Origin: Hemiscyllium ocellatum
Lineage: Eukaryota
Assembly (NCBI RefSeq): GCF_020745735.1
Contig: NC_083403.1
Location: 68,047,003 to 68,111,002 of the forward strand
DNA: 64,000 nt
Direction of reading: 5' to 3'
The stretch's first letter is position 1; the number at the start of each line of letters is the position of its first letter. The notes under the pieces were generated by a model. It saw only the letters and a program-made list of their open reading frames with translations, made no database searches and was not told where the DNA came from. A program made the translations under genes and the position numbers. This document shows, piece after piece, positions 11,871 to 23,860 of this stretch.

Positions 11871-14765
11871 TTATTTGATCACTGCATGGTAGCAGCAAAA
11901 ATTGGCTTGATAGGAGGTTAGAGTTTCTCCAACCAAAATACATTTCTCATGGAAACGGACAAACATCTTAATGAGCATTGTACTGAGAGGGAATCCCAAG
12001 GTCTAAATGTCCTGAATTTGGGAGATTTGGGGGTGAAGTTGTGCAGTTTAGTCATTCTTAGAAGAAACAGTGGTCCTGACTGACTGGCTTTGAATGAATT
12101 ATTAGGAAGCCCTAATAACAGAAATATGGGATGTCTAACTGCTAGAACTGACTGGCTGGTGTAGTTTGTCCTGGAAAAAATAGGTCATCTGAGTCTGTAG
12201 ACACTACATCAGGGACGTGGGCAGGGAGAGATTGAGAACCCTCAAGAGGAGTGCAAGTGTCATGTGGGATTGGTATGTCAGGTGAGAAGATACAAAGGGA
12301 GAGTAAGATTGTAGGGCTGTGCCCCTAACACACAAATGGTCCTCCCCCAAAAGAGGTAGACCCCTCTCTTTCTGCCCTTAAATCAATGCTGGTTTAAATA
12401 ATGGTATGGCTACTTTAGTCCATCTTTTGCCAATCAACATATTATGATTACAGAGGTGGATTAAAGTCCTTAAGTGAACATTAATTGTACACTTAAAGCC
12501 CTCAATAGCCTTACAGAGGGTTGGCCCATAGATGCTTTACACAACCTCTGTATTGTAGTCAAGATGGCTCCCACGTAGGCATTCGCACAGAGTGTGAACG
12601 AGAAGGCCAGAAGCTTTTGGGCCTCTGGAATGGGAGGTGCTGCCTTTTCTCTCTTGCAAATAATTCCTAAAGCCTGAAAAAAGCCCATTTATTTTCCCAC
12701 ACTAATTGCAGCAAACTGTTGCTTTTAACCAATAAGCCAGAGACTTTATAAGTTGTGAACCAATTGCTCTGTGCCTCCTGCAAGCAAGTAAAAGTACCTG
12801 GTAAAGAGAGAGATCACAGCTTAGAGAACTTTGTCGACAGGAACCATTACACTACGTTCCTGGCTTTTCCTTCAGCTGTAATACCAATGTTTTGTTTTGT
12901 GTCTATCTGTACGCATCTGTAGAGAACATTTTATAATAGGTTAGTGTTTTACACTTGTTGAGTTTTACACTTTATAATTGTTTACCTGCAGCTAAAATTA
13001 TTTATTTTTAATAAATAGTCATTCCTGTTAGGTATAAAAACCTGGCCCTTGCTTTCTGTAATCTGGGTGTGAAAAAAAAAGATTAATTGGAAAATATTGC
13101 ATCTCCAGAAATAGCGGAGCTTGACATTACCCCAGTGAGACACACAGGAGTCTGTAAAGTTCAGCTCTAGTGTAATTAAAACCACCTCAATGAGTTCAAA
13201 CAATACAGGTGTACAGTCTTTGCAAAGGTGAAAGCATCATTCATAATCTCTGCACAATCGCAATAAGTTTCAGTTAACAACAAGCTGGCAGTCTGCACTT
13301 CACTGAGTGTCCTCCTGATCTTTTGTGATTATATTATCAGTTTAATTATGAATTTAAAGTCAGGTGGATGTGATATGTACTGAGGGATATGGTGATCAGT
13401 CTTTAAAAACACTTTTCTTCTTTTTATTGTGGTTGTGGGTATGTTTGCCGAATTGGGAATTGATTTGCAGATATTTCGTCCCCTGTCTAGGTAGGGGAGA
13501 AATCTTCAGTGCTTTGGAGCCTCCTGTGAAGCGCTGCTGTACTGGTTCTTCTGGAATTTATTTGGTTCTGTTCCTGCTGCTTCCAGTTGCTGGTTCTGAT
13601 TGTTTGTTGTCATGGCTAGTATATTGGGTCTAGGTCTATGTACTAGTCGATAGAGTCCATGGATGAGTGTCATGTTGCTAAGAATTCTCCGATTGTCCTC
13701 TGTTTAGCTTGTCCTATGATCGTTGTGTTGTTCTGGTCAAATTTGTGGTCCCTATTATCTGTGTATGGCTATTAGGGACAGCTGGTCGTGACATTTAGTG
13801 GCTAGCTGATGTTTCTGGATGTGGATTGTTAGCTATCTGCTGTTGCCCTACATAGTATTTGTGAAGTCTCTGCATGGAATTTTGTAAATTTTGTTAGCTA
13901 TGATGGGTATTGGGTCTTTTACCCTGGTGAGTTATTGTCTGAGCATACCTGTCAGTTTATGGGCTGTCATGAATCCTAGTGGGCGGAGAGATCTGGCTGT
14001 CAGTTCTGATACTTTTTTTATACAAGGCAGCACGGCTAGTCAGTTAGGTCGTGGTATGTCTGCATCACGTTGTTTGTCTGTTAGGTATCTGCAGATGAAG
14101 TTGCGGAGATATCTGTTCTTGGTGAAGCCTCTGTAAAGGCGTTCTTCTTCTTCTTCCCTTCATAGGCCAGGAATGCTGCAGTGTGTTGTAGCCCTTTTGA
14201 ACAGGGTCCTAATGCAGCTTCTCTTGCGTGTGTTTGGATGGTTGCTGTTGTAATTCAGAACCTGGTTGGTGTGTGTGGCTTTCCTGCATTCACAGTCTGT
14301 GTTCTTTGTATCATCACATCCAGGAATGGGAGTTGATTGTTGGCTTCCTCCTCTCTCATAAATCTGATCCCTGTGTATATGGTGTTGATGATCCATTGGG
14401 TGTTCTTGATTTCTGTTCTTTTAATGGTTCTCTGTTTGTTCCAATCTTTACATCACTGCTTCTGCTATGAGCCCATACATGGGTGAGCCCATAGGTATTC
14501 CATTGATCTGTTCATAAATTTTTGATTGTTGAATATGAAGTGTATTGTCAAACAAAATTCTAGTTCCCTGTTGTGTTAGCTGTTCTACTTATTCACGAGG
14601 TTGGCTATTGTCTCTCTGGCTAGAGTTTTGTCAATTCAAGTGAACAGTGCCATTCCATCAAAGGAGACCATTGCTTCATCCTTGTCTATGCTCATGTTCT
14701 TGATGTTGACTAGGAATTCCTGTGATGATTGTGTGGAGTGTTCAGATCTGCTGATAAAATGTTTT

Positions 14766-15845
14766 AGATTAGATTAGATTCCCTACAGTATGGAAATAGG
14801 CATTTCTGCCCAAAAAGTCCACACTGACCCTCCGAACAATGACCCATCCAGACCCACTCCCCTACCCTACACTTACCCCTGACCCATGCACCTAACACTA
14901 TGGGCAGTTTAGCATGGCAAATTCACCTGACCTGCACATCTTTGGATCATGGGAAGAAACCGAGCACCCGGATGTGGAATATAGGTAAATTAATGTTACT
15001 TCTGCAATTATAATTGCTTATACAAAGTAAATGAACTCACATCAGTGTGTAATTGTTTCAGCCAAGAGCTGAGTCAACACGAATGGAAACTATATGGAGG
15101 AAATACATAATTTTTTATTGTATTAGCTAAAAATGTATGCAAGAAAGAAACGGGACTGCAAAACAATGGTAGCTATTACAGGTGACTAGATAAGATGCTG
15201 TGAAGAGAGGCAGTTAAGCTAGATACGCCTGTATAAACAGGAGGTATAAACATCTGTTTCCCACTTTTACAGAAACACAGGAACAAACCACAATTAAAAG
15301 GGTCTTAATGAGAAGATGCTGTGAGGGGCAGCACAGATGGAGGGAGTAGATAATGATAAGCAAAGGATATGTCTAACAATAACCCACAGCAGGATGAGGT
15401 CAAACGGCCTTGTGAGGCCAGAACTAAGCATTTTGTCACAGACAAGGCCGGATAAGGCAAGAGATAAACAGGAGTAATGGGTACCGGTCTTAGGGAAGTG
15501 GAAGATGTAAACAGGAGAGGAGCAATGAGATAAAAAAAATATAGAAACCAAATTATATAAATATCGAGTATTCATTGAATTCGGTGTGTTTTGTCCCTGC
15601 CTTGTGGACAGTGGACATCACACCCACTTGCAAGTGTGAAATAAATTACACTACTAATTTAGATCTTGTCTCAGATTGAAATTATTGAAGTGAGTGAGCT
15701 TTGTTTCTCACACAGAAGAAACCCATGCAGACACGGGGAGGATGTGAAAACTTCACACAGACAGTCACCCGAAGTGGGAATCAAACCCAAGTCCCTAGTG
15801 CTGTGAGGCAGCAGTGCTAACCACTGAGCCACCATGCCACCCCAT
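14766..15845 (-). mobile_element. HE1/V-SINE-type SINE split in two (14766-14972 and 15713-15845) by a solo LTR
   Basis: The left part ends gaaaccgagcacccgga and the right part resumes cagaagaaacccatgcagacacgggg, continuous in intact copies such as 45267-45579. Confidence 0.85.
14973..15712 (+). mobile_element. Probable solo LTR (740 bp)
   Basis: Starts TGTG and ends CACA; flanked by cgga/caga (4-bp TSD with one CpG-type change); TATA-like tatataaa near 15553 and AATAAA near 15640; cleanly interrupts a SINE. Confidence 0.7.
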
Positions 15846-15846
15846 G

Positions 15847-16165
15847 TGGGCAGCACAATGGCACAGTGATTAGCACTGCTGCTTCACGGCACCAGAGACC
15901 CGGGTTCAATTCCTGCCTCAGGCAACTGACTGTGTGGAGTTTGCACGTTCTCCCTATGTCTGCGTGGGTTTCCTCCGGGTGCTCTGGTTTCCTCCCACAG
16001 TTCAAAAATGCGCAGGTTAGGTGAATTGGCCATGCTAAATTGCCCGTAGTGTTAGGTGAAGGGGTAAATGTAGGGGATTGGGTTTGGGTGGGTTATGCTT
16101 CAGTGGGTCGGTGTGGACTTGTTGGGTCAAGGGGCCTGTTTCCACACTGTAAGTAATCTAATCTA
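15847..16165 (+). mobile_element. HE1/V-SINE-type SINE, full length, head-to-head with the preceding SINE
   Basis: gggcagcacaatggcacagtgattagcactgctg head, B box ggttcaattcc, V-domain core, (AATCT)n tail. Confidence 0.9.
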
Positions 16166-18443
16166 AACTAATGTTTTTGTTAGATTTAGTTGGTGTTCTT
16201 TTGTCAGTTTGAGTGGTATGTCTGGTTTGCATACTTTGAGCAATCCGTAAAATCTTGGAGTGTCGTTGCTTTCTGGTTTCATCTTTGTAGGTCAATTCTG
16301 GTTATTAGTCCGTTTTTTTGAAGGTTCCATAATGTGTTATTTATTCTATTGGTTAGCTGTGGCATGAGTCAAACTCCCTCTGTGGCTAGATTCAGTATCT
16401 GCAAGTAGTTTATCTGCTTTCTGAATATGTTCAGAACAGACAACACAATGGGAAACGTAACATCAAGAAGATATTTACGAGAGAGGAGGAAACCAACAAA
16501 CAACTCCCATTCCTGGAGGTGATGGTACAAAGAACACAAAAGTAAATGTGTTAAAAATTGTACAAGAAAGTCACACACACCAAACAGGTCCTGAATTACA
16601 ACAGCTTCCACCCAAACACACACAAGAGAAGCTGCATTAGGACCCTATTCAAAAGGGCTACAACACACTGCAGTACTGCTGATCTATGATGGGAAGAAGA
16701 ACACCTCTACAGAGTCTTCATCAAGAGCGATATCCCTGCAACTTCATCCGCAGATGGCTAACAGACAAACAAGGACATGCTATGATCTAACTCGCTAGCC
16801 ATGCCACCTTGTATAAAAAACATCTCGGAACCGACAGCCAGACTTCTCCACCAACTGGGATTCATCACAGCCCACTAACTGATGTTTAAGGCACGCTCAG
16901 ACAACAACTCACCAGGACTAAAGACTACCTATCATGTGCAAGACTAACATAATTTACAAGATTCCATGCAAAGACTACACAAAGCATAGTATAGGGCAAA
17001 CAGCAGATAACTAACAATTCGCAGCCACGAACACCAACTAGCTACTAAACGCCACAACCAGCCATACACACAGATGATGGACCACAAATTTGACTGGGAC
17101 AACAAAATGTTCACAGGACAAGGCAAACAGAGGACAGCCAGAGAATTTCTAGAAGTGTGCCACTCATCCACAGACTCTATCAACAAGCACATAGACTTGG
17201 ATCCAATCTACTGGCTACTACAATGAACAACCGGAACTCGCAACCAGAAGCAGCAGGAACGGAACCAAATAAATTCCAGAAAACACAGTACAGCAGTGCT
17301 TCACAGGAGGATCCAAAGCTCTGAAGATATCACCGAGACAGGGGATGAAATGTTTGCAATCAACTTCCCAGCTCGGCGAACAGACCCACAACCATGACAA
17401 TCTACAGCTCAGCTACAAGTCGTTACACAAACCTTTTTGTGAATGAGAATTTTAGGTTAATGACAAAATGTTTCATGGATAGTGGAATTGCACCAATCTG
17501 TATAAGATATTAACATTTGATTTGGTTAATACATTGCAAAATATAAAACTTTGAATTACGCAGTTAGACATTTCATCATTTACATTTTTAATATGTTAAC
17601 AGATTAGATTTTGAAAATAATGTTTGCAATTTCTGGTTATATAATAGCTGAATGTGTTAAGATATGGTCATGCACCCTAGAGTGTTTATAATGAATGCAA
17701 AAGAAATACATGCTTTTATATAGCATTTTTCCTCAGGTCAAATGTCAATTAAGACTTTTTTTAAAAAATACAGTTACTTATGAAATACGGGAAATCTGAC
17801 AGCCAATTTATACACAAAATGTTCTCACAAGTACCAATGACATAGATCACCAAATAACCTGATTTATATGTTGGATGACAAATAAACAATATGTTGGAAG
17901 ACTGCTTGTCTTCTAATAGTGTCATATGATCTTTTACATGCAATTGAGAAACCAGATGGATATTTTGTTGATGCAAAAGCCAATGTAGCACTGCTCCATA
18001 ATGGCATTAAAGTGTCAGGCTGCATTTTGTACTCGGTACGCTAGAGTAGAATGTAAATCTATAACTTTTTGACTCAAGCAAGGGTATTACTACAGGGTCA
18101 ATGTTCACAACTTTTAAATAACATCTATCATCACATTTTGACACTTGAACAATTGATCTATGATTTAGCACGTGTAAAATAAATAGTTATTTCAACATAG
18201 TGTTCTTTAAAAAAATGTATTCATTCATGGGATGTGGGCATCGCCCACCAGCTCAGCATTTATTGCCCATCCCTGGCTGCCCTTGAAAAAGTGGTAGTGA
18301 GCTGCCTACTTGAGTGGTGTAGGTAGACTCACAATACCATTGGGGAGAGAGTTGTAGGATTCTGACTGAGCAAATTTGTAACTTAATTACAGGAATATAT
18401 ATTTTCCTTTCTATGCTGTAGCTATTACATTACTGTTTTGAAG

Positions 18444-19461
18444 GAGAAAGTGAGGACTGCAGATGCTGGAGATCAGAGCTGAAAATGTGTTGCTGGAAAA
18501 GCGCAGCAGGTCAGGTGCAGGTGAATTTGTGGTGGATATGGAAGGATCCCTTGGGGCCTTGGAGGGAAGTAAGGGGGGAGGTGTGGGCGCAAGTTTTGCA
18601 CTTCTTGCGGTTGCAGGGGAAGGTGCCGGGAGTGGAGGTTGGGTTGGTGGGGGGTTTGGACCTGACAAGGGAGTCACAGAGGGAGTGGTCTTTTCAGAAT
18701 GCTGATAGGGGAGGGGAGGGAAATATATCCCTGGTGGTAGGGTCCGTTTGGAGGTGGCGGAAATGACGACGGATGATATGATGTATATGGAGGTTGGTGG
18801 GGTGGTAGGTGAGGACCAGTGGGGTTCTGAAAAGACCACTCCCTCCGTGACTCCCTTGTACCTGCATCTGCACCTCCACACACATCATTTACTGCATCCG
18901 CTGCACCCGGTATGGCCACCTCTATATTGGGGAGACAGGCCGCCTATTTGCGGAACGTTTCAGAGAACACCTCTGGGACACCTGGACCAACCAACCCAAC
19001 CACCCCGTGGCTCAACACTTCAACGCCCCCTCCCACTCCACCAAGGACATGCAGGTCCATGGACTCCTCCATCGCCAGACCATAGCAACACAACGGCTGG
19101 AGGAAGAGCGCCTCATCTTCCGCCTAGGAACCCTCCAACCACAAGGGATGAACTCAGATTTCTCCAGTTTCCTCATTTCCCCTTCCCCCACCTTGTCTCA
19201 GTCCCAACCCTCAAACTCAGCACCACCTTCCTAACCTGCAATCTTCTTCCTGACCTCTCCGCCCCCACCCCACTCCGGCCTATCACCCTCACCTTGACCT
19301 CCTTCCACCTATCACATTTCCAACGCCCCTCCCCCAAGTCCCTCCTCCCTACCTTTTATCTTAGCCTGCTTGGCACACTCTCCTCATTCCTGAAGAAGGG
19401 CTCATGCCCGAAACTTCGATTCTCCTGCTCCTTGGATGCTGCCTGACCTGCTGCACTTTTC
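18444..19461 (+). mobile_element. Penelope-like element (family A), 5'-inverted and truncated, with perfect 16-bp TSD
   Basis: cattactgttttgaag at 18428-18443 and 19462-19477. Minus segment encodes LTYHPTNLHIHHIIRRHFRHLQTDPTTRDIFPSPPLSAF; plus segment encodes the GIY-YIG region ending RLEEERLIFRLGTLQPQGMN. Terminal repeat with hammerhead-like CTGAAGA-A-GGGC-TCAT-GCCC-GAAA-CTTC at 19390-19417. Confidence 0.9.
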
Positions 19462-19522
19462 CATTACTGTTTTGAAGCCTATTTATGAAGATGCTAGTTA
19501 TATGATATCATAAGCAGTGACA

Positions 19523-19528
19523 TTTATT
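19523..19528 (-). terminator. Candidate CCN6 polyadenylation signal AATAAA
   Basis: tttatt on + is AATAAA on -; the first canonical hexamer I found downstream of the CCN6 stop (about 390 nt). Confidence 0.5.
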
Positions 19529-19919
19529 GTTGTAACTTCCTTTACTTTTTTGGTATTCATTTTTATAGAAGAAAATTTGTGATGAGCTGCAAAAAGTTCA
19601 ACAGAAATTAAATTTAAGGAAACTCATGCAAATAATTCAGTTATACAGATAGACAATACAAATATATCCAATTTTACCAGAGAAAATAGGTCCTTGTGTA
19701 TTGAAATGAACATTCAGTCTTGTGGAAGATATTGTACTTAATGTCTGTCTCCAGATATTCTGTTAATGTAGAACATTAAGATTTTTCCCTATATAAGTTT
19801 AATTACATAAGCAGAGAAATGGTATAAGTGAGTTCCCATTCTTTGAAGGACAAGACATTTATATTGTTCCATAGTGACACTCATGAACCAAACATTCAAA
19901 TGGTGTAATACATGGTGCA

Positions 19920-20195
19920 CTATAGTAGTCTCAAATCTGAGAAGATGTCCTCTGAGTCAATACAGACCTGTTGACATTTGCAAGATGTGATCCACATCAT
20001 CTTCCACGTGATTATTTCTCCACCAGTGCAGTTAAATTCTACTTTCACAGTTTTCTCTTTGTTAGGAATACAGCAACGGGAATCTGAGCATGTACCGCAG
20101 AATATTGGCCTGTAAGTTCTTCTACTTGCGCAGCCAGAAAGAACAAACCTGTCAGCTTTGTAAGGCCTGAATGTCTGTAGACACTTCTTGCCTTT
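19920..20195 (-). CDS. CCN6: CCN6/WISP3 exon 5, cystine-knot CT domain (KGKKCLQTFRPYKADRFVLSGCASRRTYRPIFCGTCSDSRCCIPNKEKTVKVEFNCTGGEIITWKMMWITSCKCQQVCIDSEDIFSDLRLL*)
   Basis: Polypyrimidine acceptor ttttctttctctctgtAG|AAA at 20196/20195, phase 0; 91 codons then TAG at 19922-19920; 10 Cys. CCIPNK, WKMMWITSC and DIFSDLRLL match the CCN6 C-terminus rather than other CCN paralogs. Not in the ORF track in this frame. Confidence 0.95.
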   Translation of the reverse strand, partial: KGKKCLQTFRPYKADRFVLSGCASRRTYRPIFCGTCSDSRCCIPNKEKTVKVEFNCTGGEIITWKMMWITSCKCQQVCIDSEDIFSDLRLL

Positions 20196-20406
20196 CTACA
20201 GAGAGAAAGAAAATCATGTTTGTGTTCATTAATCAAAATCCATTGAGTCTGTGAAAGATAGAAACCCTTCATCATGCTGTTTTGCAGCAATATCAGATTC
20301 ATTATAAGTGGCTCATTTCATATTTGAACAATAAAATATGTGGGAGGAAACATATTAAAAGAATCGATAAACTTTTTGTGCTGCACCATTCTATAATTTC
20401 ATGACA

Positions 20407-20590
20407 GGAAGAAAGTGGAGACTGCAGATGCTGGAGATCAGTGGAGAGTGTGGTGCTGGAAAAGCACAGCACGTCAGGCAATCCAAGGATGCCTCATTCC
20501 TGGTGAAGGCCTTATGCCCGAAATGTCAATTCTCTTGCTCCATGGATGCTGCCTGAACTGCTGTGCTTTTCTAGCACCATACTCTTGACC
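20407..20590 (+). mobile_element. Short hairpin-shaped Penelope terminal-repeat insertion (family A) in CCN6 intron 4
   Basis: agagtgtggtgctggaaaagcacagc..caggca is mirrored by tgcctgaactgctgtgcttttctagcaccatactct; degenerate hammerhead at about 20500-20527; imperfect TSD ataatttcatgaca / ataactccatgaca. Confidence 0.75.
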
Positions 20591-23500
20591 ATAACTCCAT
20601 GACACCCCATAAACATCGCATTCAAAAGGCAATATTTTCAACAGCACTTTGCTGAATTGCTAACCTGTATGATGTTCTCAAGTCTCCAGAGTGGAGTTTG
20701 AACATATATCCTTCGAAATGAGAGGGAAGAGTAAAACAATGTGTGAAGGCTGAAATATTACCACAAGGGATTCCTTTTGATTTATTCCTGTCAATTGAGC
20801 ACACTGCTAAGCAACATGTGCTTGGAGATTTGATAGGGCGACCATCAGCTCTGCTTGATAAACAATATCTACGGAAGAGTGAGAATGACTTATGACAGCC
20901 ATCTGGCTTGCTTATTTAAAAAGTTCAAAATATGAAGCAGTACAATTGAATTGTTTCTGTGACAATTAGAGAGAGTTCAAATTGGAAAAGATCACACTTG
21001 GGGTTCGAGGGATATTAGCTAATGAGATGCTAAGGAACCAGAAGATTGAGTTTTAACAGCCTCCTAGAGATGGATTAAGAGTTGGAAAAGGTCTTAGAAT
21101 GGAAACACTGAACATCCAGAGGAAAATCCTTTGGCAGGCACCAGGTACAAAATGATAGTAGAACCACCAACAACCAACCAGAGGGAGGTGAATAATTAAT
21201 CCAAATAAGGAGCAATTAATGGCTACTTGCTGCTTCTTCTGGCATTTCAGTCCTTTCAGGATGGACCTCACTATATGAGGAAATTGCTAGGTATGTCTGC
21301 ACAACATGTGAATTGCTGCCTCATTATCTGGAGGGTCATCCTTTCTCCATGCCTTCCCAATGGCCCCCTAAGGGATGGCCGGTCGCAATGGCTGCCCTGC
21401 AGCTCTGACACCAGTGGGCTTACTCCTCCAATCATTTCTGAGTATTCCCTGAATTGGGAAGTACCCTCACCTTCTCGCTGCATCCCTAACTGTCACCACC
21501 TCTATTAATGGGACTGCGGGGCTGCCTCTGATCGAGTCGGCAGCTATGAGAGGCTGGCAGTCATCAGTTAAATCCCACCAACCACCTACACAGGTTTAGT
21601 ACTTGCTTTTGGTCTTGGTAGGAGAACTTCCTGCGGTCATGTAAAATTCTGGCCTGCATTTCTGTTAGCATGAACATTCCAACGGTAGCTTGAATAAGGT
21701 AAAATGGCAGAAAGGCGATGCAAACTGCAACCCACCGAGAGGGGAAATGATGTGAAGCTGAAGTGAAAGAGTAACACAAAGTACCATTTTGAAGCTAATC
21801 AGAGAGCCAATGAGAATAATATAATCTGAGCCAGAAACACTCATCTAGCTTTCTCCTGCCAGCTCACACGTGAACACCTCAACTAAGCAGTCATGCATAA
21901 CATTCCATACAAAGTCAGAAACTGTCACTCAGGCAGATCACATCTAAATTCCCCTATCTGCAACAGCTGAAGGCCCTTTAAATTATCCACCATAGCATAG
22001 ATAGAAATTGCAAGAAACAGTTTAAGTAATCTTTAATCAGGGAGAGGTTCTGTGTGATTTTTACCTTAGGTTTTCTTAAACGGAGTCATTCAGAACACAA
22101 GGCACAGTTGGATTCTTGTCAGGCAATCTATGAGGCCATTTGTGGTCTTAAGATACAAAACATTCCCATATATAGTGATCATTGTAGATTGAGACTCAAT
22201 CTCTTTTCTCAAGTGGATATAGGAATTCCCATCATTATTTAAAGATAACAATGTGGATATTGATGAGTTTCTCCTGATGTTGCTCAGTTGTACAAAATGA
22301 GGCTGCAGGACATGGGTTTTGCCTGATCTGGATGCCAATTGATGAATTGCCATAATTTAATGAACAGCACTGCTCATAGTCAAGGAGTACAGATCCTACA
22401 GAATTATTTGTTACTGGAATATTTTGCTTATGCAAGTATCACTCAATCCATTAAATGTTTGTAGAGGGAATGATGTAGATATGATAAATAAGCAGCTCAG
22501 AGTCAAGGAGGGAAGAATAAGGCACTTTAGGATTGACCATGATGTGTCAGTGTAAGCACAAGGAAATTGCTCTGTAAGTTAAGATTTCCAAGGTTTCTTA
22601 CACCAGCAGAAAGTTGGTATGAGGGTGATTTCAGGTGTATCAACTAATGGGTTGCTATGCAATTGTAGTTTCTTGAGTAGCTCAGTGTGTTGGATTAGAA
22701 AATTACCCTAATAATACCTGCATTTCCTTTGAAATCTTAAGACATTTTACACCAGCTATTTTAATTTCTGTGTTTCAGAGCACTCCTGTGGCGAACTACA
22801 GGATCACTGTGTAATTGTAAATGTGTCTACCTTTCCTGATATATTTGTTACAAATAGATGAGTATTCTTTCTTAGACTACATCAACTGTTCAATGGTTCA
22901 AAATCCACTACTTTTTAAAAAAGTAGAATAGTTACAGTAGAAATATTACAGTATAATCTAATTTAATTACTCTTTAATTTAATGAACAATAAAGAGAAAT
23001 AAGATTTTGATAGTAGCATTTCATATTTTCTAATTCATCAGATTAGGAAATTATAAGTAGTTTGTAATCCTGTAATATGTGTAAGAAATCACTGACTGTT
23101 TTCTTTTCATCAACTTCAAGAGTTTTGTTAATCCAAGTTTAAAAACTTTGGAGGCCTTGCTGAGTTAAGTATGTAAGTACCAGAAAAGCAATACAGAGTG
23201 AATGTAATTACACTTTTTGGGGTTGATTTTCTTCATAACATTGGGATTAATGGACCCTGCACCAACCTCAAGGGACAGTGCTCAGGAAAACAGGATAGTT
23301 TCAAAATTGATTGCACACATTTCGGAGATGCTGGATGGCACAATTAGGAAGAAATGTGTATGGGATTATAAATGAGCATGTAGGTACTTCTACACATTTT
23401 GCACCTACCCACATCCTGAAAAATTCAAAATTTCTGCTATCTCCTAATCAGCAGATTTGGGCTTATTCTATTCCATTTGCTAATCACAACTCTGACTATC

Positions 23501-23666
23501 GAATTGCTTCATTTTACTCCTGTTATTTTAAGATAGCTCTGTATCACAGTACATTAAGGTATACTTCCATGCAATCAAGTTGATTTTTCTCTCTCCCTCT
23601 TCCTCACCCACCCAGTGCCCCAAACAATTGTTGTCCATGTAACCAATAGATTCTGCTGTGATTTAC

Positions 23667-23860
23667 CTTTAAATTTTTCGGAAGTCTTGGATTGCAAGGT
23701 CGAATAAAGCACAATCTATTTTCTCTTTCAAGTTCACATTTGCTGTTGTCATTTGTCACTCGGACTGAAATTCCTAGGCCACAAGATTTTGAACATGAGC
23801 TCCATGGAGTTGTTTGAAGAGGGCATTGTTTTCGCCATGTTATTGGCCTTGCCTTATAAG
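23667..23860 (-). CDS. CCN6: CCN6/WISP3 exon 4, TSP1 domain ((A)YKARPITWRKQCPLQTTPWSSCSKSCGLGISVRVTNDNSKCELERENRLCFIRPCNPRLPKNLK)
   Basis: Acceptor ttttttattattAG|CT at 23861/23860, donor AAG|GTaaat at 23667/23666; 194 nt, phase 1 to 0; WSxCSxSCGxGxSxRVTN TSP1 motif, 6 Cys. Confidence 0.95.

Larger units (their letters stand above)
13420..17435 (-). mobile_element. Decayed Penelope-like element (RT + GIY-YIG) with about 1-kb inverted arms, interrupted by nested insertions at 14766-16169
   Basis: The minus strand reads PRFYGLLKVCKPDIPL (about 16260-16210), then across the nested block EFLVNIKNMSIDKDEAMVSFDGMALFT (about 14720-14640) and later RKATHTNQVLNYNSNHPNTRKRSCIRTLFKRATTHCS. About 16430-17435 is an inverted copy of about 13420-14400. 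Confidence 0.8.

Noticed and set aside
15847-15915. tRNA genes at SINE heads (also about 39994, 45579, 8172)
   Set aside because: The A/B boxes run directly into SINE body and tail; no complete cloverleaf is evident.
18748-19446. 232-aa proline-rich ORF as a novel gene
   Set aside because: An off-frame reading across a rearranged Penelope insertion bounded by TSDs.
20045-20302. 85-aa minus-strand ORF from the track overlapping CCN6 exon 5
   Set aside because: Wrong frame; the real exon is read in another frame from the acceptor at 20195 and gives the cystine-knot domain.
21050-21660. GC-richer blocks (also about 850-1220, 2830-3220, 4830-5400, 11900-12700, 28390-28680) that look like dispersed non-autonomous repeats
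   Set aside because: Too degenerate to define ends, TIRs or family by eye; their short ORFs have no recognisable domains.
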